Of a DNA stretch of 64,000 nucleotides, positions 52,178 to 62,952 are shown one piece after another (position 1 is the stretch's first letter; each line of letters begins with the position of its first letter). A program made the translations under genes and the position numbers. The stretch lies in contig NC_087245.1 in assembly GCF_037042905.1 (NCBI RefSeq), positions 34,846,001 to 34,910,000 on the forward strand. Reading direction: 5' to 3'. The DNA comes from Lytechinus pictus (taxonomy: Eukaryota). The notes under the pieces are model-generated. The model saw only the letters and a list, made by a program, of their open reading frames with translations, was not told the origin of the DNA and did not search any database.

Positions 52178-55100
52178 TGGGTACATTAAGGTGCTAGTAT
52201 AGAGTGACAAACTTCATAAATATACGGAATAAAGCAATATAGAAAAGTTGTTGGGCATATTAAGGTGCTAGTATAGAGTGACAAGCTTCATGAAAATACG
52301 GAATAAAGCAATATTGAAGAGTTGTTGGGCATATTAAGGTGCTAGTATAGAGTGATGAACAAGCCAAGATTCTAATAATTCGTGTTGGCCCAGAGGGCGA
52401 GAAAAGGGGTTTTCTTTTGGGGGTATATAAGCAGCGGACAGGGGGATTGAAATGTCTGAGGGGGGATAGAGCGAAAGAGAAAAGTAGGAAAAGCAAATTT
52501 TATTCAAAATTCTTTTGGGCATATTAAGGTGCTAGTATAGAGTGACAAGCTTCATGAAAATGCGGAATAAAGCAATATTGAAGAGTTGTTGGGCATATTA
52601 AGGTGCTAGTATAGAGTGATGAACAAGCCAAGATTCTAATAATTCGTGTTGGCCCGGAGGGCGAGAAAAGGGGTTTTCTTTTGGGGGTATATAAGCAGCG
52701 GACAGGGGGATTGAAATGTCTGAGGGGGGATAGAGCGAAAATAGAAAAGTAGGAAAAGCAAATTTTATTTAAAATTCTTTTGGGCATATTAAGGTGCTAG
52801 TATAGAGTGACAAATTTCATGAAAATACGGAATAAAGCAATATATAAAAGTTGTTGGGCATATTAAGGTGCTAGTATGGAGTGACAAGCTTCATGAAAAT
52901 ACGGAATAAAGCAATATTGAAAAGTTGATGGGCATATTAAGGTGCTAGTATAAAGTGATGAACAAGCCGAGATTCTAATAATTCGTGTTGGCCCGGAGGG
53001 CGAGAAAAGGGGTTTTCTTTTGGGGGTATATAAGCAGCGGACAGGGGGATTGAAATGTCTGAGGGGGGATAGAGCGAAAATAGAAAAGTAGGAAAAGCAT
53101 ATTTTATTCAAAATTCTTTTGGGCATATTAAGGTGCTAGTATAGAGTGACAAGCTTCATGAAAATACGGAATAAAGCAATATTGAAGAGTTGTTGGGCAT
53201 ATTAAGGTGCTAGTATAGAGTGATGAACAAGCCAAGATTCTAATAATTCGTGTTGGCCCGGAGGGCGAAAAAAGGGGTTTTCTTTTGGGGGTATATAAGC
53301 AGCGGACAGGGGGATTGAAATGTCTGAGGGGGGATAGAGCGAAAATAGAAAAGTAGGAAAAGCAAATTTTATTCAAAATTCTTTTGGGCATATTAAGGTG
53401 CTAGTATAGAGTGACAAGCTTCATGAAAATATGGAATAAAGCAATATTGAAGAGTTGTTGGGCATATTAAGGTGCTAGTATAGAGTGATGAACAAGCCAA
53501 GATTCTAATAATTCGTGTTGGCCCGGAGGGCGAGAAAAGGGGTTTTCTTTTGGGGGTATATAAGCAGCGGACAGGGGGATTGAAATGTCTGAGGGGGGAT
53601 AGAGCGGAAATAGAAAAGTAGGAAAGCATATTTTAATAAAAAAAAATTTGGGCATATTAAGGTGCTAGTATAGAGTGACAAATTTCATGAAAATACGGAA
53701 TAAAGCAATATATAAAAGTTGTTGGGCATATTAAGGTGCTAGTATAGAGTGACAAGCTTCATGAAAATACGGAATAAAGCAATATTGAAAAGTTGTTGGG
53801 CATATTAAGGTGCTAGTATAGAGTGATGAACAAGCCAAGATTCTAATAATTCGTGTTGGCCCGGAGGGCGAGAAAAGGGGTTTTCTTTTGGGGGTATATA
53901 AGCAGCGGACAGGGGGATTGAAATGTCTGAGGGGGGATAGAGCGAAAATAGAAAAGTAGGAAAAGCATATTTTATTCAAAATTCTTTTGGGCATATTAAG
54001 GTGCTAGTATAGAGTGACAAGCTTCATGAAAATACGGAATAAAGCAATATTGAAGAGTTGTTGGGCATATTAAGGTGCTAGTATAGAGTGATGAACAAGC
54101 CAAGATTATAATAATTCGTGTTGGCCCGGAGGGCGAGAAAAGGGGTTTTCTTTTGGGGGTATATAAGCAGCGGACAGGGGGATTGAAATGTCTGAGGGGG
54201 GATAGAGCGAAAATAGAAAAGTAGGAAAGCATATTTTAATAAAAAAAAATTTGGGCATATTAAGGTGCTAGTATAGAGTGACAAATTTCATGAAAATACG
54301 GAATAAAGCAATATATAAAAGTTGTTGGGCATATTAAGGTGCTAGTATAGAGTGACAAGCTTCATGAAAATACGGAATAAAGCAATATTGAAAAGTTGTT
54401 GGGCATATTAAGGTGCTAGTATAGAGTGATGAACAAGCCAAGATTCTAATAATTCGTGTTGGCCCGGAGGGCGAGAAAAGGGGTTTTCTTTTGGGGGTAT
54501 ATAAGCAGCGGACAGGGGGATTGAAATGTCTGAGGGGGGATAGAGCGAAAGAGAAAAGTAGGAAAGCATATTTTAATAAAAAAAAATTTGGGCATATTAA
54601 GGTGCTAGTATAGAGTGACAAATTTCATGAAAATACGGAATAAAGCAATATATAAAAGTTGTTGGGCATATTAAGGTGCTAGTATAGAGTGACAAGCTTC
54701 ATGAAAATACGGAATAAAGCAATATTGAAAAGTTGTTGGGCATATTAAGGTGCTAGTATAGAGTGATGAACAAGCCAAGATTCTAATAATTCGTGTTGGC
54801 CCAGAGGGCGAGAAAAGGGGTTTTCTTTTGGGGGTATATAAGCAGCGGACAGGGGGATTGAAATGTCTGAGGGGGGATAGAGCGAAAATAGAAAAGTAGG
54901 AAAGCATATTTTAATAAAAAAAAATTTGGGCATATTAAGGTGCTAGTATAGAGTGACAAATTTCATGAAAATACGGAATAAAGCAATATATAAAAGTTGT
55001 TGGGCATATTAAGGTGCTAGTATAGAGTGACAAGCTTCATGAAAATACGGAATAAAGCAATATTGAAAAGTTGTTGGGCATATTAAGGTGCTAGTATAGA

Positions 55101-56960
55101 GTGATGAACAAGCCAAGATTCTAATAATTCGTGTTGGCCCGGAGGGCGAGAAAAGGGGTTTTCTTTTGGGGGTATATAAGCAGCGGACAGGGGGATTGAA
55201 ATGTCTGAGGGGGGATAGAGCGAAAGAGAAAAGTAGGAAAAGCAAATTTTATTCAAAATTCTTTTGGGCATATTAAGGTGCTAGTATAGAGTGACAAGCT
55301 TCATAAATATACGGAATAAAGCAATATAGAAAAGTTGTTGGGCATATTAAGGTGCTAGTATAGAGTGACAAGCTTCATGAAAATACGGAATAAAGCAATA
55401 TTGAAAAGTTGTTGGGCATATTAAGGTGCTAGTATAGAGTGATGAACAAGCCAAGATTCTAATAATTCGTGTTGGCCCAGAGGGCGAGAAAAGGGGTTTT
55501 CTTTTGGGGGTATATAAGCAGCGGACAGGGGGATTGAAATGTCTGAGGGGGGATAGAGCGAAAATAGAAAAGTAGGAAAGCATATTTTAATAAAAAAAAA
55601 TTTGGGCATATTAAGGTGCTAGTATAGAGTGACAAATTTCATGAAAATACGGAATAAAGCAATATATAAAAGTTGTTGGGCATATTAAGGTGCTAGTATA
55701 GAGTGACAAGCTTCATGAAAATACGGAATAAAGCAATATTGAAAAGTTGTTGGGCATATTAAGGTGCTAGTATAGAGTGATGAACAAGCCAAGATTCTAA
55801 TAATTCGTGTTGGCCCGGAGGGCGAGAAAAGGGGTTTTCTTTTGGGGGTATATAAGCAGCGGACAGGGGGATTGAAATGTCTGAGGGGGGATAGAGCGAA
55901 AGAGAAAAGTAGGAAAAGCAAATTTTATTCAAAATTCTTTTGGGCATATTAAGGTGCTAGTATAGAGTGACAAGCTTCATAAATATACGGAATAAAGCAA
56001 TATAGAAAAGTTGTTGGGCATATTAAGGTGCTAGTATAGAGTGACAAGCTTCATGAAAATACGGAATAAAGCAATATTGAAGAGTTGTTGGGCATATTAA
56101 GGTGCTAGTATAGAGTGATGAACAAGCCAAGATTCTAATAATTCGTGTTGGCCCAGAGGGCGAGAAAAGGGGTTTTCTTTTGGGGGTATATAAGCAGCGG
56201 ACAGGGGGATTGAAATGTCTGAGGGGGGATAGAGCGAAAGAGAAAAGTAGGAAAAGCAAATTTTATTCAAAATTCTTTTGGGCATATTAAGGTGCTAGTA
56301 TAGAGTGACAAGCTTCATGAAAATACGGAATAAAGCAATATTGAAGAGTTGTTGGGCATATTAAGGTGCTAGTATAGAGTGATGAACAAGCCAAGATTCT
56401 AATAATTCGTGTTGGCCCAGAGGGCGAGAAAAGGGGTTTTCTTTTGGGGGTATATAAGCAGCGGACAGGGGGATTGAAATGTCTGAGGGGGGATAGAGCG
56501 AAAATAGAAAAGTAGGAAAAGCAAATTTTATTCAAAATTCTTTTGGGCATATTAAGGTGCTAGTATAGAGTGACAAATTTCATGAAAATACGGAATAAAG
56601 CAATATATAAAAGTTGTTTGGCATATTAAGGTGCTAGTATAGAGTGACAAGCTTCATGAAAATACGGAATAAAGCAATATATAAAAGTTGTTGGGCATAT
56701 TAAGGTGCTAGTATAGAGTGATGAACAAGCCAAGATTCAAATAATTCGTGTTGGCCCGGAGGGCGAGAAAAGGGGTTTTCTTTTGGGGGTATATAAGCAG
56801 CGGACAGGGGGATTGAAATGTCTGAGGGGGGATAGAGCGAAAAGAGAAAAGTAGGAAAGGCATATTTTATTCAAAATTCTTTTGGGCATATTAAGGTGCT
56901 AGTATAGAGTGACAAATTTCCAGAAAATACGGATTTAAGCAATATAGAAAAGTTGTTGAA
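52178..56960. repeat. Higher-order tandem repeat (satellite): 29-bp core GGGCATATTAAGGTGCTAGTATAGAGTGA in 74-bp and 189-191-bp units
   Basis: About 41 cores and 15 long units by my count; HOR periods of 264/265 and 337-339 bp, also visible in the repeated ORF coordinates. Confidence 0.95.
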
Positions 56961-57175
56961 GTTCATGAAATACGCAATAAAAACGAATGTCGACCTTTAG
57001 AAATAGCACCGAAATACTTCACATCCCCGATCCCCTTAAAAAAAGAAGAACATTGTCAAGTTTCGAACCACGAACGCTTAGATGCCTACGTATTATGCAC
57101 TGCGCCACGCTCACCTATTCACTCGTGGTAGTGAAATTAAGATTTATATATACCGCGTAAAGCTTTACCAACAAC

Positions 57176-57292
57176 AAAAAATCCGGGACGGGCGCAAAAC
57201 GCACACATATGAACACACACAGTGCTTCGCTTCGCGAAGCACTGTACACGTGTGTTCATATGTGTGCGTTTTGCGCCCGTCCCGGATTTTTT
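57176..57292. repeat. 117-bp near-perfect palindrome (43-bp + 12-bp stems, 3-nt loop, 4-nt bulge)
   Basis: 57176-57218 is the exact reverse complement of 57250-57292; 57219-57230 pairs with 57234-57245. Confidence 0.95.
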
Positions 57293-58092
57293 ACTTAGAT
57301 GAGCGGTATTAATGGCTTGGCATATTAGCTAATGTGGGTGTGCATGTGTAAGCCTTGACTCTTGAGGACTTTGTTATGATATTTTTTAAAATTTTGACAT
57401 ACTTATTCATCACTAAGCCTTGAAACCCTTGCCATAGGCATATAAGCGAGACTTGTCAACAAAGATGGATTTCCCTAGGCAATCCATGTTTTAACTTAGA
57501 AATCACGTAAATTTGTTTGATTTGAATTATCTATACACCTTCATAGGGCTAATGCGTATGAAGGTGCAAAAAACAATAAATGTGAAAAATTAGAGGTTTC
57601 TTATCAGACAAATCTTGTGTAGATCCCTCGATCCAGTCGTAAACACCGCACACCCTTGAACCGCTTCGTTATGACGTAGCTTCGATAAGTGCTGTTACAA
57701 AATTCTGTTTTTAAAAACAATTCATAGATAAAAATTATTATTTGACAATTAATAAAATTTGAATCTTGATGATAATTATTTATAATAAAGTTTTAAATTT
57801 TGTTAAACAGGGGGAACATAACTTTTTAGAAGCACTTGCCCAGTCAGGCAAGTAAATTTTTAAATAGTTGGAATATACTTGCCCAAAAATCTATTTCACT
57901 TGCCCGAAAAATCCTTGAAAAAAAAAAGTTGTACCTCTTCAAAAGAAAGTTTTGCGGTTTTACATGTATAAACCATTTACCTCTCTCTCTTTTGACATGA
58001 ACTGATCTACCTTGTTATTGCATTTTTCATTTTCCAAAGTGATTTTATCTTGCCTGCCATGACCAAAATCAGGGTCAATATCATATTATATT

Positions 58093-59108
58093 CAAGGCTC
58101 GACATTAGCGGTGGCCCGGTGGCCCGGGGCCACCAGAAATTCACCTCGGGCAACCATTATTGAAAAAATATTAAGTTTTGGTGGCCCGAATCGGGCAACC
58201 ACAAATTTTCAGAATAGCGCAATTTTTCTCCCCATTTTGCAGGCATTTATCAACTTTCTACAGTTCAAATTGCAAGCCAGTTCGTCATGCGCCCTTTTTG
58301 TTGATCTACACAAAAACACACACACAAAGTTGGCCTACCGCTATAGCATTAAGTAGTTTTTATCCAGCCGGCCACGCCGGCCGGCTGGCGTGGGCTTTGC
58401 ATGCTTGAGGCAGCTGTGCGTTAGCAGCCTATTCAGACTCAGGGAGCTGCAATACGAAATGTTGCTGCTAAAGAAATCTTCCACAGAACTGTGAAAATCC
58501 AAGTCATAGTCACATTTTACACCAATGAAATGCCCTTCTACAGACCTTTTTGCTATAAAAATCTGGTGTATCCTGATTATTTGCAAGCATTAAAAAGAGG
58601 AATCATGACCTCTCTTTTGACTCAAAAAGACCGATTTCCAAATGAAAATAATACACATAAAAACACATAGGTGAGTACATCACAGTCCCACATGTGCATT
58701 TGTATGTATGTTGTTACTTGGTTTCTTTCGAAGCTGTGTCTTTTCCGGTCTTTTCTAGCCAAAAATAAACAGACAGTTACTTTCTTTCTTGTTTATAAAT
58801 GACTTCTTAAACAACTCTTGAGAAAGTAAATACTTTGGGAAGGCATTTCATTAATATGAAATGTGAATTTTTCCAACATTTTGGCAAATTTAGGGAAGGA
58901 ATTTTCTCACACGTTTTTTGCTGTCTTATTATTTTCTTTCATTTTTTTGACAGTGGTTAAACCATTTATACCCGTTTATTAATTTTTAATGTTTTTCTTT
59001 ATATTTTTCTGGCCACCAAACCTTAATATCGGGCCACCAAAAAAAATTATTTGAAGGTTTTGGTGGCCCGAACGGGCCACCACCAAAAAAAGTTAATGTG
59101 GAGCCTTG
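58093..59108. mobile_element. Non-autonomous DNA transposon nested in another element (~57808-59257)
   Basis: TTATATT|CAAGGCTCGACATTA ... TAATGTGGAGCCTTG|TTATATT; subterminal GGTGGCCC repeats; the outer element has CAGGG..CCCTG ends and ACTTGCCC repeats on both sides. Confidence 0.75.
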
Positions 59109-60883
59109 TTATATTGATCCTAATTTTGGTCATTCTACTGTGAGAATTTTGCTTGCCCGATTGGGTAAAGTAGTTTTGGTCTTCACTTCAAAACACTTGC
59201 CCGACTCTAACTTTTACTTGCCTCTGGCAATCGGGCAAGTGCATATGTAACACCCTGGCCTGGTTAAATAATAATGCAAAATTTGATTTCTTGGTGCCAA
59301 CATAGGTTAACAGCCTTTCTGTGGGAAGGCGATGAAATAATATATTGGAGCGATTTATATGGTGACATTTACTTTGACCTTGAGTTGACTAGAATCGTGC
59401 CAATACGAGCATGTGCACCCTCTATTGGTGGAAAGTAAAATTTCAAGAAAATTGTCATTTTTCAATTTATATTTTCAATTTAGAAAAAATGACTTCAATT
59501 TTTATAATACATAAGAGCCAAGTTATAGTTGTAATGGAAACTGAGTTGTAATGGAAACAAAAAAAAATGCTCAAAATATTATCAGTTTTCGAGTCCTCTT
59601 GTGAATGAAAAAAAAAAAATCCCCAAGTTAGTATTTAATGAAAAATAAATCACTACTATATGGAAATCAGTATTTTTGGTTACTAAAGTCAAGTGATATT
59701 TTAGAGATTTTTTTCAGTGTGTGTTGTATACTGCATTGGATAATCATAGATCTACATGTAGATTCCCCATAGGCAGGGTGGTTGCAGTGAACAAGTGGCT
59801 TGACCCTTGACTTGCTTCATTATGACGTAGCTACGATGAGCTACGTTATGAGGCGCCGTTTTGTAGAACAATTTATAGAAAACTTATTATTCAACAAATA
59901 ATAATTCTTTAAACAAGGCTCCACATTAAATATTTTTGACCACCAAAACCATCATATTTTATTGGTGGCCCAACATTAAAATTTGGCCTGAAAAATTATT
60001 GAAAAATATTAAAATTGAATAAACCCTGAAAAATTATCAGTATTTAGATACAAAATCTGGCTCCTCATAAATCTTCCACAAGTTTAAAAGTCTAGATGTA
60101 CATACTGTAAGTAAATTCCACGCTTCGCACCAGTTAAATGTCCTCATGTCTATATTTCCTGAAAAAATGTTGAACTTGGTCAACTATCACTTCTTTCGCT
60201 CAAAAAGATCAGGGCCCTGTCCACGGAGGATTAATCTAATGTTACTGGGGATGCTGAGCATTGTCACAGCACCCCCAGTAACAATAGTCAATAGATAATC
60301 CTCCGTAGCTAGGTCCATGAAAAAATATGTAAACTGGGTTCCATCAAACTTTATAAAGCCAAGTGCTGCACAAATTTCACAGAGTCAAAATGAACAATAT
60401 TTTTACACAGGCCAGCTCCGATAATGTTTACAAAGCACATCAATAATTAAGAGATTGCTTCAATCACAGAGAGGCTTTAGCCCATCACATCCATTGGTTT
60501 CAGAATCCAAAGTCACAAAAATGGCAAAAGAAAGACCAATTGATGAAAATGAGATGGGATTAAACAAACTTCCCATTTTTTTTCCACAAATGTCCTAAGT
60601 AGTGATTGCTTGATTGCCAAGAAGCTACAGAATGTTAAAATGAAAGTTATAAATGACTGGAGCAATTACACCGCCACTCACAGATCCCAGGTTGATATCC
60701 CGGTAAGCAGGGGATAATCTGAACATGGTTTTATCTACAGTATATGTATCTGAGTGAGATACACACAAAATGCTAGTGGTGAAAAGCATTTTCTAACATC
60801 GGTCTCGACACCAAACACACCTCAGCAACATCTCACATACAGGAGGTCGAGGAGGAGGAGAAGATAACCTTCCCCAACCAAGG

Positions 60884-61487
60884 TTAAAGGTCAAGTCTAC
60901 CTCAGAAAAATGTTGATATGAATCAACAGAGAAAAATTAGACAAGCATAATGCTGAAAATTTCATCAAAATCGGATGTAAATAAGAAAGTTATGTCTTAA
61001 AGTTTCTTTTATTAAAAAAAAAAAATTATGTGCACAATTTAGTCACATGGAAATGAGAGAATCAATGATGTCCCATTGTCCCTCACTCGATATTTCTTTT
61101 GCTTTTTATTGTTTGAATTATACAATATTTCAATTTTTACAGATTTGACAATAAGGACCAACCTGACTGAACTATATAATGTTAAACAATGGTAATTCGA
61201 CATGTTCAGGGAGAAATTAAACTTTGTTTCACATGAGAAAATTAGAACATTCATATTTCATATACTAAAATATAAAAGAAAAAGTGAGTTAGTGATGTCA
61301 TCAGTTCCCTCATTTGCATACTGACCGGGATGTGTATATAGCTATTATGTGAAATTAAGCGAAAATTAAAAATGCCATAGCTTTCTTATTTTTCATCTGA
61401 TTTTGATGAAATTTTCAGTGTTATGCTCGTTGGATTTTTCTCTTTTTATTCAAATCAACCTTTTTGAGGGGTGGACTTGTCCTTTAA
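60884..61487. mobile_element. TTAA-flanked MITE (same family as 26392-26996)
   Basis: TTAA|AGGTCAAGTCTACC ... GGTGGACTTGTCCT|TTAA. Confidence 0.82.
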
Positions 61488-62314
61488 AACAAGATCTGCC
61501 CAGGGTATCCTACTCCCAATGCTCACAACAACTCACTACCGGTACTTGACACACCCAAATTTCTGTTCAATAATCTTAATGCCTGTCCCTATCGCCAAGC
61601 AACAGAAAATAATTTACATGTAATTTTTTTTTTTTGGGTTTTTTTTTGGGGGGTCCTAAAATTACTGTAAAATATTCCCTAACAATGCAGCGACCTCATT
61701 TTGTGTCAGCTCTGTGCAGTGTAGCAGAAAAGAGAAGGATTAAGCAAAAAAAGAATAGTGTGCAAGCTCCTAATGGTGCAGCAGCCCTACTTGTGAGCAA
61801 GCTACATGTACCTACACTACAGCATCTGAGGAATGTATGCAGCTGGGTAAACTTTATATGCAAACAAGAAGAATAAGGTTGAGAGAAATTCAATGCCTTC
61901 ACTAGTCCTGAAATGAAAGAATTATGTCCATGGAGACATCGATATTTAAATATTTTTCCCACATAGAGCGCGGAAGCAAAATTGTATGTCGAGACAGAAG
62001 AACGTCTTGTTCAGGTTTTTATTCTTTTGACAAAAGATAGGAAGGAAGCAATAAAGCTGTGCACTTCTCCTTTCTCCCTTCACTTTTTTTTCTTCTCCTT
62101 TTTCCCCCCTTTTTTTTTTCTTTATGGGGACGTATTTTTTGGGGGGAGAGCGACTGCCCTCACCGCCCCTGTCTATGCGTCTATACGCGCAAGGTGGTTG
62201 GTTCAAGAGAGGGTCGATATGTGGTGTACTCACTATACATGATGTACAGCATGAAATGCTGAGTTGCTAATGACCTTACAGAACTCCATCTCAGTTTTTA
62301 ATGATCCTTTTTTT

Positions 62315-62952
62315 CTGCCTGAGTTTCAGGTCACATGACCAAGGTCAAAGGTCATTTAGGGTCAATGTTGGGGACCTAAGATTAAGTTTTTGAAATGTCA
62401 TCATAACTTAAAAAGTATATGAACCTAGTTCCTGAAACTTGGCCATAATAAGGGTAATCAAACATTACTGAACATTCTGCCTGACTTTCAAGTCACATGA
62501 CCAAGGTCAAAGGTCATTTAGGGTCAATGGACTTTGGCCAAGTTTGGGGTATTTGTTGAATTAGCATCATAACTTTGAAAGTTTATGGATCTGATTCATA
62601 AAATTGTATCACTGAACATCCTGTGCGAGTTTCAGGTGACATGACCAAGGTCAAAGGTCATTAAGGTCAATGAACTTTGGCCATGTTGGAGAGAGGTAAT
62701 TATTAAATTGCTGTCATAACTTTCAAAGTTCATGGATATAATTATGAATTGTGGACATAGGGGTAATCAAGTATCACTGACAAGTCTTAGGTCACATGAT
62801 CAAGGTCAAATGTCATTAAGGGTCAATGAACATAGTATTGTATCATTATATGAATGGTGTTTTTTTTTTAATAATTATTTTATAGTAGTCAGCACTGCTG
62901 CTTTATTGAATCGCGCAATGCAGGTGAGACTGTCAGAGGTGCTCCATTTGTT
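62315..62952 (-). mobile_element. Inverted, truncated copy of the 6034-7149 family
   Basis: atgcaggtgagac...agaggtgctccatttgtt end; four tcacatgaccaaggtcaaaggtcatt-like units. Confidence 0.8.

Noticed and set aside
52260..56550. Family of repeated 62-95 aa ORFs (..SPLRHFNPPVRCLYTPKRKP..)
   Set aside because: By-products of the satellite; single-base indels shift the frame between copies and there is no recognisable domain
52178..56960. CRISPR array (29-bp repeat plus 45-bp spacers)
   Set aside because: Spacers recur almost identically, about a third are ~161 bp, there are no cas genes and the context is spliceosomal eukaryotic DNA
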